A DNA stretch of 21,115 bases, from positions 1-21,115 of the forward strand of contig JBBIJY010000026.1 in NCBI GenBank assembly GCA_037445735.1, written 5' to 3'. How positions within the stretch are numbered: position 1 is the stretch's first letter; each line of letters begins with the position of its first letter. Below, piece after piece: positions 1-8,020 of this stretch. The DNA is from Armatimonadota bacterium (GTDB taxonomy: Bacteria > Armatimonadota > Fimbriimonadia > Fimbriimonadales > GBS-DC). The translations under genes were made by a program, and so were the position numbers. The notes beneath the pieces were generated by a model. It searched no databases, was not told the origin of the DNA, and worked only from the letters and a program-made list of their open reading frames with translations.

Positions 1-140
1 TGACGATTTCGCGCAGGGGATATTTAGGCGGGGCGCCGCGGTGTTTGCGTTTGCGTCCGTAGAGGGCTTTTTTGAGGAGGGGTTCGAGGAGGGCCCACTC
101 GTTCGGTCAGGTCGCTCGGATAAGGTTTTCTGTGGCTCAT
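1..140 (-). pseudogene. IS5-family transposase, N-terminal part (DUF4096-type), frameshifted; runs off the window edge
   Basis: Manual translation from ATG 140 gives MSHRKPYPSDLTE. After a frameshift near 101 it reads EWALLEPLLKKALYGRKRKHRGAPPKYPLREIV, matching the IS5-family YPSDLTDxEWxxxEPLL...YPLREIV N-terminus. The unshifted frame stops at TAA 26-24. Confidence 0.8.
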
Positions 141-149
141 AGCGGGAGA

Positions 150-157
150 ATTATACC
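150..157 (-). promoter_or_regulatory. -10 element GGTATAAT, 9 nt upstream of the transposase ATG
   Basis: Plus-strand attatacc at 150-157. No Shine-Dalgarno sequence between it and ATG 140. Confidence 0.55.
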
Positions 158-230
158 CAGCCTCGCTTTCCTCGATCGCTTCTGATAACCCTGCGTCCCC
201 TGTGCTGCTGGGTTTACTTCCCTGGACAGT

Positions 231-440
231 CTATTCCGAGGCGTCCTTCTGGGCTGGTTGTGTCGGGGGTGGTTCGGCTTCTTCAGCCAGCAGCACGGGG
301 ATGCCCTCGCGGATGGGGTAGCGGCGTCCGCACTGGTCGCACACCAGTGCGCCCTCCTGCCAGCGCAGCGGCGGGCGCTCCTCACACGCAGGGCACGCCA
401 GCATCTCCAGCAACTCCATCGGCAGCGGCACGCTCTCCAT
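231..440 (-). CDS. Trm112/YcaR-family small protein
   Basis: C-terminal 69 aa of ORF 231..785: LLEMLACPAC...LVCDQCGRRYPIREGIPVLL is the Trm112 signature. ATG 440 overlaps the nadA TGA (TGATG). GTG at 431 is an alternative start. Confidence 0.85.
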   Translation of the reverse strand: MESVPLPMELLEMLACPACEERPPLRWQEGALVCDQCGRRYPIREGIPVLLAEEAEPPPTQPAQKDASE

Positions 441-1522
441 CACACAATCTCCAGCATCCGTTCGATGGCGCGTCGCGCCCGCGCCGCTATCTCGTCGGGC
501 ACGCGCACCTCGTACACCATGTCGCGCAGCGAGCGGTAAAGCTTGGGCAGCGTGATGGTCTTCATATATTCGCAAATCGCGTCGGCTTTCACAGGGATGA
601 ACCGCTTCTCGGGCGCCTCCTTCTTCAGGCGGTGCAGCATGCCGACCTCCGTCGCGACCAGATGCACAGGCGCGGGCGACTGACGCACATGCTTGACCAT
701 GCCGCCTGTGCCGTAGATGAAGGTGCGCTCGGCGGGCAGGTCGCCCTCCGACAGCGCGTACATGCACTGGCTCACACAGCCACATTCAGGGTGCATCAGC
801 AGATCGGCGTCGGGATGCTCACGCAGCATGGCCACAATATCTTCGGGTCGGATGCCTGCATGCACATGGCACTCGCCCATCCACAGGTGCAGTTTGCGCC
901 CCGTCATGCGCTGCACATACAGCCCCAGAAACATATCGGGCAGAAAGAGAATCTCGTTCTCTTCGGGGATAGCCTGCACGACCTTGAGCGCGTTGCTGGA
1001 GGTACAGCAGTAGTCGGCTTCGGCTTTCACATCGGCGTTCGTGTTCACATAGGCGACCACGACGCCGTTGGGATGGCGAGCCTTCCACTGGCGCACCTCT
1101 TCGGCGGTGACGGTCGCCGCCAGCGAGCAGCCCGCTTCGGGGTCAGGGATCAGCACCGTCTTATCGGGACAGAGGATGGCAGCCGTCTCCGCCATGAAGT
1201 GAACGCCGCAGAACACAATCACCTTCGCGTCGGTCTGTGCTGCCTGTTGCGAGAGCTGCAGCGAATCGCCCACGAAGTCCGCCAGGTCCTGAATGATGGG
1301 CAGCTGATAGTTATGCGCGAGGATAATCGCGTCGCGCTCTTTGCGCAGGCGCTGGATGCGCTCGATCAGCTCCGTCTCGCTCAGGTGCGGGATTTCGGGG
1401 TCCTGCTGGATGGCGCGCGTTGCCTCGGTGAGCGCGACCGACGGGCGCGTTTTGGAGCGGGGCACCACCATCGGCAGCTCCGCAGGCGTTTCTAACTGCT
1501 CGGGCAATGTTGGGTTTCTCAT
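440..1522 (-). CDS. nadA: Quinolinate synthase A
   Basis: Motifs ILAHNYQ, VGDSLQL, IVFCGVHFMAETA, GCSLA, CCTSSNA, GECHVH, HPEC and CEYMK. Confidence 0.97.
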   Translation of the reverse strand: MRNPTLPEQLETPAELPMVVPRSKTRPSVALTEATRAIQQDPEIPHLSETELIERIQRLRKERDAIILAHNYQLPIIQDLADFVGDSLQLSQQAAQTDAKVIVFCGVHFMAETAAILCPDKTVLIPDPEAGCSLAATVTAEEVRQWKARHPNGVVVAYVNTNADVKAEADYCCTSSNALKVVQAIPEENEILFLPDMFLGLYVQRMTGRKLHLWMGECHVHAGIRPEDIVAMLREHPDADLLMHPECGCVSQCMYALSEGDLPAERTFIYGTGGMVKHVRQSPAPVHLVATEVGMLHRLKKEAPEKRFIPVKADAICEYMKTITLPKLYRSLRDMVYEVRVPDEIAARARRAIERMLEIV

Positions 1523-1536
1523 CGGCTATCGACAAT

Positions 1537-1544
1537 AGTATACC
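1537..1544 (-). promoter_or_regulatory. -10 element GGTATACT upstream of nadA
   Basis: Plus-strand agtatacc, 14 nt from ATG 1522. Same motif as at other gene starts in the window. Confidence 0.5.
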
Positions 1545-1600
1545 CCTCAACCGCTCTCGGCGGCAGAGGGGTTTACCGGGGCGCCCAGAAGGCTTGGGAG

Positions 1601-2335
1601 CTACTGAATAAACACCTCATCCAGCCCGATTTCGCACCACATTGCTGTGGGATTGGTATGGGCAGCGCCCATCCACAGGCTCAGTGGGCTTATCAGCGAG
1701 GGGGTGCTGGGCGGCGCAAAGGTGAAGCTGCCCGCAGCAGTGCCGTTAATGAAAAAGGTGCCCGTGCCTGCACCGAGGTCCACACTCACACCCACCCGTG
1801 TCCAGGCGCCAGAGTTAGTGGTCGGATCATAGTTAGCTGGCACAGTGGCGGTGGCGGCGAAGGTGTTGCCCAGCATGCGCAGCTTGGGACGCGCCACATT
1901 GCCCGGTTCCCCTTCAAGGTAGAAGGTGTAGCCTGCCCCTGTGTTCGAATCCCAGGTGTCGACGATGGGGTAGAAGACGCCCGCCCCGCAGATGACAGGT
2001 GCCACCCGCGCCTCCAGATAAAAAGTTTTGGGGTTGAGGTCGGCGGTGTTCGGCACTTCCACACGAATGCTGCCGTCACCAGGGAAGTATAGACCTCTGT
2101 TCACAGCGGCGGACACCGTGACAGGACCCGTGAAGTTGCCCCATGAGGTTACCGGACCCGGTTGAGTCGTGCCGTGGTTGTTGACGGGATTGGCAACACT
2201 GTCTGCAATCGTGCTGCTGCCTGGCGTTTCGTCCAGCTTCCAGTAAGCAATATAGTTGGGCGATGAGGTGGATGAGCCACCGCATCCAGCCAGCACCATC
2301 AACAATGCAAGCAATGAGTATTGTGCCTGTTTCAT
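1601..2335 (-). CDS. Lipoprotein with LamG-like (concanavalin A) jellyroll domain
   Basis: Signal peptide with lipobox LAGC followed by a Gly/Ser linker. IAYWKLDE start, WTRVGVS..GTFFING and GLDEVFI end are typical of LamG-like domains. GGAGG RBS upstream. Confidence 0.75.
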   Translation of the reverse strand: MKQAQYSLLALLMVLAGCGGSSTSSPNYIAYWKLDETPGSSTIADSVANPVNNHGTTQPGPVTSWGNFTGPVTVSAAVNRGLYFPGDGSIRVEVPNTADLNPKTFYLEARVAPVICGAGVFYPIVDTWDSNTGAGYTFYLEGEPGNVARPKLRMLGNTFAATATVPANYDPTTNSGAWTRVGVSVDLGAGTGTFFINGTAAGSFTFAPPSTPSLISPLSLWMGAAHTNPTAMWCEIGLDEVFIQ

Positions 2336-2414
2336 TCTGATCCTCCATGCGGTATTGGGCTCGCCAGTTGGCGGTTCTTTTAATATCGGTAACGATTCGC
2401 ATGGAGTTCAGAGT

Positions 2415-3548
2415 CTATTCGGGCAGGGTGAACGCTGTGGTGCTGGCGCCGTTCACTGGCTCACAGACGATGAACTGTGGGCTGTAGCGGCTCTGGGCGC
2501 GGTAGGAGTCGTCGGCGGCTTTGAGGAAGGCATCGATGCGGGCGCGCTCGACGAGCGCCACGCACGCGCCGCCGAAGCCCGCACCTGTCAGCCGCACGCC
2601 CACGCAGCCCGGCGCGTCGAGGCAGGCTTCAACCATCCGATCCAGTTCGGGGCAGCTCACCTCGTAGTCGTCGCGCAGCGAGGCGTGGGACGCCAGCATC
2701 AGGTGGCGGATGGCGGGCGCATCGGCGCGCGCCAGAGCGTCCAGAAACGCCTGCACGCGCGCGTTCTCGCTGATCACATGGCGGGCGCGACGGCGTGCTG
2801 GCTCGGTCAGGAGCGGCAGATAGAGCGCGGCGGCTTCGGGCGACACATCGCGCAGCGCATTCACCGAATCGCTCAGCACCGCTCGCAGCTGCTCCACCGC
2901 CTGCTGGCACTCCGCCCGACGCTGGTTATACTCCGAGCCGCTGAGCGTGCGCGGCTTGCCCGTGTCCGCCACCACAATCAGCCAGTGCGCGGGCAGCGGC
3001 ACATGGCGCGTCGTGAGTGTGCGTGTGTCCAGAAAGAGCGCGTGCCCGCGCTGGGCGAGCAGGCTCGCCGCCTGATCCATAATCCCGCACTGCACGCCCG
3101 CGTACTCATGCTCCGCCCGCTGACACAGCTTCGCCAGCGTCCAGCCGTCCAGATTGAGCTGGTCGAGCGCGTTCCAGAGGGTGGCGAAGGCGGCTTCGAG
3201 CGCGGCGGACGAACTCAGCCCCGCGCCAGTGGGCAGTGTCGAAGACACCACGCCCTCGATGCCTGTCAGCGTACGCCCCGTGTGGCGCATCAGCATCGCC
3301 GCGACACCCGCCACATAGCGCGTCCAGCCGTCTGGCAGTGCGTCGGGCGACGCCTGCGCCAGACCAGCAAGGTCAAACTCGATCTGCTCGTCCAGCGTCT
3401 CCGAATAGATCTGGCAGCGATGGTCGGTGCGGGGTCGCGCGTGGAGGTGGATCTCGCGGTCGATGGCGACGGGCAGCACGAAGCCGTCGTTATAGTCGGT
3501 ATGTTCCCCGATGAGGTTCACCCGCCCCGGTGCCCGCACGCGCATCAT
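2415..3548 (-). CDS. galK: Galactokinase
   Basis: RAPGRVNLIGEHTDYNDGFVLP galactokinase signature, GAGLSSSAA GHMP ATP loop, CGIMDQ and LTGAGFGG. Confidence 0.96.
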   Translation of the reverse strand: MMRVRAPGRVNLIGEHTDYNDGFVLPVAIDREIHLHARPRTDHRCQIYSETLDEQIEFDLAGLAQASPDALPDGWTRYVAGVAAMLMRHTGRTLTGIEGVVSSTLPTGAGLSSSAALEAAFATLWNALDQLNLDGWTLAKLCQRAEHEYAGVQCGIMDQAASLLAQRGHALFLDTRTLTTRHVPLPAHWLIVVADTGKPRTLSGSEYNQRRAECQQAVEQLRAVLSDSVNALRDVSPEAAALYLPLLTEPARRRARHVISENARVQAFLDALARADAPAIRHLMLASHASLRDDYEVSCPELDRMVEACLDAPGCVGVRLTGAGFGGACVALVERARIDAFLKAADDSYRAQSRYSPQFIVCEPVNGASTTAFTLPE

Positions 3549-3549
3549 G

Positions 3550-3954
3550 CTACTCCTCCGTCAGGGGCTTGCGAGCGCTGAAGCCTGTGTCCAGCTCGTG
3601 CCAGTAGCGGACGCGCTCCTCGCCCAGCCGCCAGCACAGGAACACTTCGCGTCCGTCGCGCAGGTGTGGAAAGTCGACGATGCCGTGTTCCACATCGCGC
3701 AGGATGACGCCCAGCGCGTGCAGTTCATCGACGGCTTTGTGGATGGCTTCGGCGATCGGGGACGGCTCCCAATCGGGCGGGTGTCCGTTGCGCTGTTCGA
3801 GTCGGACGACCTGCTGTGCCTGCTCGCCGAACTCCTCGCGCAGGCGTTCCAGCATCGCCTGCAGGCGCAGCAGCTGCTTTTGCAGCTCCGGGATGAGCGC
3901 ATTCGCTTCCGCCACTGTGAAGTAGCGTCGGAACGGCTTGCGTCGGCGTCTCAT
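3550..3954 (-). CDS. DUF2203 family protein
   Basis: RYFTVAEANALIP...GVILRD..GIVDFP....REVFLCWRLGEERVRYWHELDTGFSARKPL matches the DUF2203 pattern. Abuts galK. Confidence 0.85.
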   Translation of the reverse strand: MRRRRKPFRRYFTVAEANALIPELQKQLLRLQAMLERLREEFGEQAQQVVRLEQRNGHPPDWEPSPIAEAIHKAVDELHALGVILRDVEHGIVDFPHLRDGREVFLCWRLGEERVRYWHELDTGFSARKPLTEE

Positions 3955-3963
3955 GCTGTGGGG

Positions 3964-3971
3964 ATTGTACC
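3964..3971 (-). promoter_or_regulatory. -10 element GGTACAAT, 9 nt upstream of the DUF2203 ATG
   Basis: Plus-strand attgtacc, lying between the tmRNA 3' CCA and ATG 3954. No SD. Confidence 0.5.
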
Positions 3972-3977
3972 TGATTC

Positions 3978-4328
3978 TGGTGGAGGCGGGGGGAATTGAA
4001 CCCCCTTCCAGAGCAGCTGTTCACCCAGCTTCTACGAGCGTAGTCCGTCTTTAGTTCTCGCGCCGCGCGTCCCGACGGACAGGGTGTCGCGGTGCCAGCC
4101 CGATTTCGGGTCCTCCCTCTGCCTCGGGCGGGGCATCGGGAGCCAGTCGGTGTAGCCCACGCTCGACCGCGCCCGCACCGACGACAGGCACGGCGGCGGC
4201 TGCCTTCAATTAGGCAGCAAGAGCATAGTTGTAGTTCGCACTTCTTGTGCGCCGTTTTTTAACGAGGCCAACGGCACCTCGGCTCGCCACTGAGCGTCAG
4301 ACCTGCCCTGTCGAACCCTGACGCCCCC
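3978..4328 (-). ncRNA. ssrA: tmRNA (transfer-messenger RNA); tag peptide (A)ANYNYALAA* at 4239-4210
   Basis: 5' end GGGGGCGTCAGGGTTCGAC, 3' end GGGGGTTCAATTCCCCCCGCCTCCACCA (T-arm, Ala acceptor stem, CCA). Internal tag frame gcg aac tac aac tat gct ctt gct gcc taa ends in YALAA. Length 351 nt. Confidence 0.96.
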
Positions 4329-4340
4329 ATGTTCCTCTCT

Positions 4341-4348
4341 ATTATACC
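4341..4348 (-). promoter_or_regulatory. ssrA promoter -10 element (GGTATAAT)
   Basis: Consensus TATAAT 12 nt upstream of the mature tmRNA 5' end. Confidence 0.7.
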
Positions 4349-4409
4349 ATACCCGATGGACAAAAGGTTCCCCGTTAGTCGACCTTCATCCCCAGAGGGG
4401 AAAACTCAA

Positions 4410-4515
4410 CCCTCTCCCCCGCAAGCGGGGGAGAGGGTACGGGTGAGGGGGCTAAGATTCCCCGCGCGTTGAGGCACCCCCTCACCCCAACCCTCTCCCC
4501 AGAGGGGAGAGGGGG
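4410..4515. repeat. Pair of inverted BoxC/REP-like palindromic elements (4410-4451 and 4477-4515)
   Basis: CCCTCTCCCCCGC-AA-GCGGGGGAGAGGG-TACGGGTGAGGGGG and CCCCTCACCCCAA-CCCTCTCCCC-AGA-GGGGAGAGGG. This is the CCCTCACCC..CCCTCTCCC/GGGAGAGGG architecture of BoxC-like elements. A degenerate partial copy lies at about 4389-4401. They sit just downstream of greA. Confidence 0.85.
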
Positions 4516-4525
4516 TGATTTTCGC

Positions 4526-4993
4526 TCACTCAATCGCTTCGATTTTGTAGCGCACGACGCCTTTGGGCGTCTGCACCTCCACCTCGTCGCCGACCGATTT
4601 GCCCAGCAGCGCTTCGCCCAGGGGCGACACGATGGAGATGCGATCCTGCAACGGGTCTGCCTCGAAGGAGCCGACGAGCGTGATGGCACGCTCGCGTCCT
4701 GTATCGAGGTCGCGCAGGCGCACGCGCGAGCCAAGATGCGCGATCTCGCCCGCATGGTCGGGGCGTGGCACGACCCGCGCCCGCTGCAGCACATGCTCCA
4801 GGTCGCGGATGCGCCCCTCCAGCATCGCCTGCTGACGCCGCGCGTCCTGATAATCGAAGTTCTCGCTCAAATCGCCCAGCGAACGCGCATGGCGCAGCCG
4901 CTCCGCGATCTCCCGACGCTTGACCGTCTTCAACTCCTCCAGCTCACGCTTCAATCGCTCGTAGCCCTCTGGCGTCATGAGAATCTCAGGCAT
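4526..4993 (-). CDS. greA: Transcription elongation factor GreA
   Basis: MTPEGYERLKRELEEL...ARSLGDLSEN...EADP...ISIVSPLGEALLGK.VGDEVEV.TPKG. The acidic D/E residues of the coiled-coil tip are retained. Confidence 0.95.
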   Translation of the reverse strand: MPEILMTPEGYERLKRELEELKTVKRREIAERLRHARSLGDLSENFDYQDARRQQAMLEGRIRDLEHVLQRARVVPRPDHAGEIAHLGSRVRLRDLDTGRERAITLVGSFEADPLQDRISIVSPLGEALLGKSVGDEVEVQTPKGVVRYKIEAIE

Positions 4994-5036
4994 GGTAATC
5001 TCTATTTATACCCTATCGCAGGGGAGGAGACAACCG

Positions 5037-6317
5037 ATGCGACGGAAACTGTTCTGGCTCGGGATTCTGTTGAGTGTGGGCATCGGTGCACGCGCCGATC
5101 TGCCCGGCTATGTGAAAGCCGAATCGACCTACGACTGGAGCAAGACGCTGGAGGGCAAGGTGCTGAACAGCCAGTTCGTGGAGATTACGATGGTCTCCCA
5201 GAAGTGGCGCGAGTTCACCTGGCGCCATCGGCTGCGCCTGGTGAAGCCGCCCGAGGTGCGCCATCCCGAAACGGCGATTCTTTACATCACAGGCAGTGGC
5301 GACGGGCGCAACGAACTGCAGCTGATTGCCCGTGCCGCCGAGCGCGTGGGCGCGATTGCCGCCGTGCTGCACGATGTGCCCAACCAGCCCCTGATCCGAC
5401 CCGACCTCGTGGAAGATAACCTCATCGCGCACACCTTCGTGCAGTACGCCGACACGGGCGACGAGACCTGGCCGCTGCTGTTCCCGATGGTGAAATCGGC
5501 TGTGCGCGCGATGGACACCGTTCAGGCGTTCGCCCGGAAAGAGTGGGGACTGCAGGTCAAAGGCTTTCTGGTGACGGGCGGCTCCAAGCGCGGCTGGACG
5601 ACCTGGCTGACCGCAGCGGTGGACACCCGCGTGCGAGCCATCGCGCCGATGGTGTTCGATAACCTCAACTTCTTCGCCCAGATGCCCCATCAGCTCAAAA
5701 CATGGGGGCGATACAGCGAGCAGATTTCCGAATACTCGGAGCGCAACCTGATGGCGATGATGAACACCGAGCGCGGGCGCAAGCTGGTCTCGATGGTCGA
5801 CCCCTACTTCTACCGCGAGCGCTATACGATGCCCATCCTCATCATCAACGGCGCGAACGATCCCTACTGGGCGATCGACGCGGCGCAGTTCTACTTCAAC
5901 GACCTGCCCTCCACCCGCAAATACGCGCTCTATGTGCCGAACGGCGGGCACGGACTGGGCGATTACGAGCGCGTGCTGAACAGCATGACGGCGTTCTATC
6001 GCATGGTGGTGGGCGAGCTGGCGTTCCCGAATCGCATCACGGGTTCCGCCAGCCGTCAGGACAACCGCGTGCGCTACCGGGTTCAGACCGACGGCACGCC
6101 CGAAAAGGTGCAGGTGTGGGTGGCACGCTCGAACACGCTCGATTTTCGCCCGTCGCGCTGGGAGCCAGTGGACGCCAGCCGTGAAGGGCGCGAATGGGTC
6201 GCCACTATCGAAATCCCGCAGGACGCGAACCTTGCCCTGTTCGCCGAGCTGACCTTCCGCGCCGGCGACCAGACCTTCACCCTCTGCACGATCCCGACAG
6301 TGGTCAGCAACCGCTAA
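5037..6317 (+). CDS. PqaA-type (PhoPQ-activated pathogenicity-related family) secreted alpha/beta hydrolase
   Basis: AGGAG RBS then ATG 5037 and signal peptide MRRKLFWLGILLSVGIGARA. Motifs SQKW, W.H.L, VPNQP, LLFPMVKSAVRAMD, GGSKRGWTTW, VDPY.Y and PNGGH are typical of PqaA. Confidence 0.88.
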   Translation: MRRKLFWLGILLSVGIGARADLPGYVKAESTYDWSKTLEGKVLNSQFVEITMVSQKWREFTWRHRLRLVKPPEVRHPETAILYITGSGDGRNELQLIARAAERVGAIAAVLHDVPNQPLIRPDLVEDNLIAHTFVQYADTGDETWPLLFPMVKSAVRAMDTVQAFARKEWGLQVKGFLVTGGSKRGWTTWLTAAVDTRVRAIAPMVFDNLNFFAQMPHQLKTWGRYSEQISEYSERNLMAMMNTERGRKLVSMVDPYFYRERYTMPILIINGANDPYWAIDAAQFYFNDLPSTRKYALYVPNGGHGLGDYERVLNSMTAFYRMVVGELAFPNRITGSASRQDNRVRYRVQTDGTPEKVQVWVARSNTLDFRPSRWEPVDASREGREWVATIEIPQDANLALFAELTFRAGDQTFTLCTIPTVVSNR

Positions 6318-6320
6318 CGC

Positions 6321-8006
6321 ATGGAGCTGCGCACGCGATTATTGATAGTGGGTGGCGGGCTGGGCGGGTGCGCCGCGGCGATGGCGGCGACCGCGCTCGG
6401 CATCCCAACCATCCTGACCGAAGAGAGCGACTGGCTTGGCGGGCAGCTCACGGCGCAGGCGGTGCCGCCCGACGAACACCGCTGGATCGAGCAGCAGGGC
6501 TGCACGCGCCGCTACCGCGCCCTCCGCGACGCCATCCGCGACCACTACCGCCGCTTCTATCCGCTGCTCGAATCGGCGCGCGCCGACCCGTTGCTCAACC
6601 CCGGCGGCGGGCTGGTCAGTCGCCTGTGCCACGAGCCGAAGGTCGCGCTCGCCGTGCTGAACGCGATGCTCGCCTATGCGCAGACGGCAGGTATGCTGCA
6701 GGTGCTGCTCGGCGTCCAACCTGTCGAAGTGCTGACCGACGGCGACTTCGTGCGGGCGGTGCGATTTAAGGGTTGCCCTCACCCCCAGCCCCTCTCCCGA
6801 AGCTTCGGGAGAGGGGAGTGCCCCTCACCCTTACCCTCTCCCCAGAGGGGAGAGGGGATGCAGAAGTCCCTCTCCCCCGCCTGCGGGGGAGAGGGTACGG
6901 GTGAGGGGGGCGATGCGCAGGATGAAATCATTATCTATGCCGACTACATTCTGGATGCCACCGAAACGGGCGAGCTGTTGCCGCTGGGCGGCGTGGAGTA
7001 TGTAACGGGCGCGGAATCGCAACGGGAGACGGGCGAGCCGCACGCGAAGCCCGAAGCCGAACCGCTCAATATGCAGGCGTTCACATGGTGCTTCGCGATG
7101 GCGTACGACCCGAACGGCGACCACACCATCCCGAAACCGCCGAACTATGAGCGGTGGCGGGCGTTCCAGCCGCCGTTCTGGCCGGGTCCCCTGCTCGGCT
7201 GGACGGATGTGAACCCCATCACGCTGCAGCCGCGCCGATTGAGCCTGTTCGGTGAGGATGGCACTTTCCCCTTGTTTGCCTATCGGCAGATAGTGAACCC
7301 TGCGCTCTACCCGCCCGAAATCGCGCCCCGCCCCGTCACGATTGTGAACTGGCCGCAGAACGACTATTTTGTGGGCAATCCGTATGAGGTGCCGGAGGCG
7401 GCACGCCATCGGGCGGGGGCGCGCGAGCTGAGCCTGTGCCTGCTCTACTGGCTGCAGACGGAGGCGCCGCGCCCCGACGGCGGCACAGGCTACCCCGGTC
7501 TGCACCTGCGCCCCGATATAACAGGCACGCCCGACGGCTTCGCCAAGACGCCTTACATCCGCGAATCGCGCCGCATCCGCGCCCGATTCACCATCTGCGA
7601 GCAGCATGTGAGCGCGGCGTGCCGCCCGAACGCCACGCTCGCCGAGCCGTTCCCCGATAGCGTCGGCGTCGGGCACTACCGTATCGACCTGCACCCCAGC
7701 ACGGGCGGCGACACCTATCTGGACATCGAGGCGCTGCCGTTCCAGATACCGCTCGGCGCACTGATCCCCATCCGCGTGCGCAACCTCCTGCCCGCCTGCA
7801 AGAACATCGGCACCACGCACATCACCAACGGCTGCTACCGCCTGCACCCGGTGGAGTGGAACATCGGCGAATCGGCGGGGCTGCTGATCGCGTTCTGCCT
7901 GTTGCGCCGCGTGGAGCCGCATCAGGTGTACGAAACGCCTGCGCTGCTGCAGGAGTATCAGAGCCTGCTGCGAACGCAGGGCATCCAGCTGGAGTGGCAT
8001 TTTTAG
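6321..8006 (+). CDS. FAD-dependent oxidoreductase (FAD_oxidored/PF12831-like) carrying an in-frame palindromic repeat insertion
   Basis: N-terminal IVGGGLGG, EESDWLGGQLT, ILDATETGELL, PYIRESRRI, PFQIPLGALIP, KNIGTTHITNGCYRLHPVEWNIGE. Confidence 0.9.
   Translation: MELRTRLLIVGGGLGGCAAAMAATALGIPTILTEESDWLGGQLTAQAVPPDEHRWIEQQGCTRRYRALRDAIRDHYRRFYPLLESARADPLLNPGGGLVSRLCHEPKVALAVLNAMLAYAQTAGMLQVLLGVQPVEVLTDGDFVRAVRFKGCPHPQPLSRSFGRGECPSPLPSPQRGEGMQKSLSPACGGEGTGEGGDAQDEIIIYADYILDATETGELLPLGGVEYVTGAESQRETGEPHAKPEAEPLNMQAFTWCFAMAYDPNGDHTIPKPPNYERWRAFQPPFWPGPLLGWTDVNPITLQPRRLSLFGEDGTFPLFAYRQIVNPALYPPEIAPRPVTIVNWPQNDYFVGNPYEVPEAARHRAGARELSLCLLYWLQTEAPRPDGGTGYPGLHLRPDITGTPDGFAKTPYIRESRRIRARFTICEQHVSAACRPNATLAEPFPDSVGVGHYRIDLHPSTGGDTYLDIEALPFQIPLGALIPIRVRNLLPACKNIGTTHITNGCYRLHPVEWNIGESAGLLIAFCLLRRVEPHQVYETPALLQEYQSLLRTQGIQLEWHF
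6776..6910. repeat. Three BoxC/REP-like palindromic elements inside the CDS (6776-6816, 6821-6857, 6868-6910)
   Basis: Includes the perfect 28-bp palindrome CCCCTCTCCCGAAGCTTCGGGAGAGGGG (6789-6816). Elements 2 and 3 each differ by only 2 nt from the intergenic copies at about 4478-4514 and 4410-4451. Confidence 0.9.
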
Positions 8007-8020
8007 TAAAATAAAGGGCG

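Noticed and set aside
260-1495. Long antisense/alternate-frame ORFs (e.g. 260..1495, 2256..3581, 4469..5419, 6831..8000, 13474..14811)
   Set aside because: They are shadows of well-supported genes on the opposite strand, expected in high-GC DNA, with no recognisable motifs.
1523-1600. NAD-sensing riboswitch or intrinsic terminator upstream of nadA
   Set aside because: The imperfect hairpin at 1543-1571 lies upstream of the putative -10 and lacks a U-tract on the minus strand. Only 14 nt remain between the -10 and the ATG.
3950-4000. Prophage or island integrated at the ssrA 3' end
   Set aside because: No integrase and no duplicate of the tmRNA 3' end seen in the window; housekeeping genes follow immediately.
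4375-4525. ORF 4375..4794 as a real gene
   Set aside because: It overlaps greA out of frame, and its tail is simply translated BoxC-like repeat.
4410-6910. Palindromic repeats as a CRISPR array
   Set aside because: Units vary in orientation and sequence, spacing is irregular, there are only 2-3 per cluster, and no cas genes are present.
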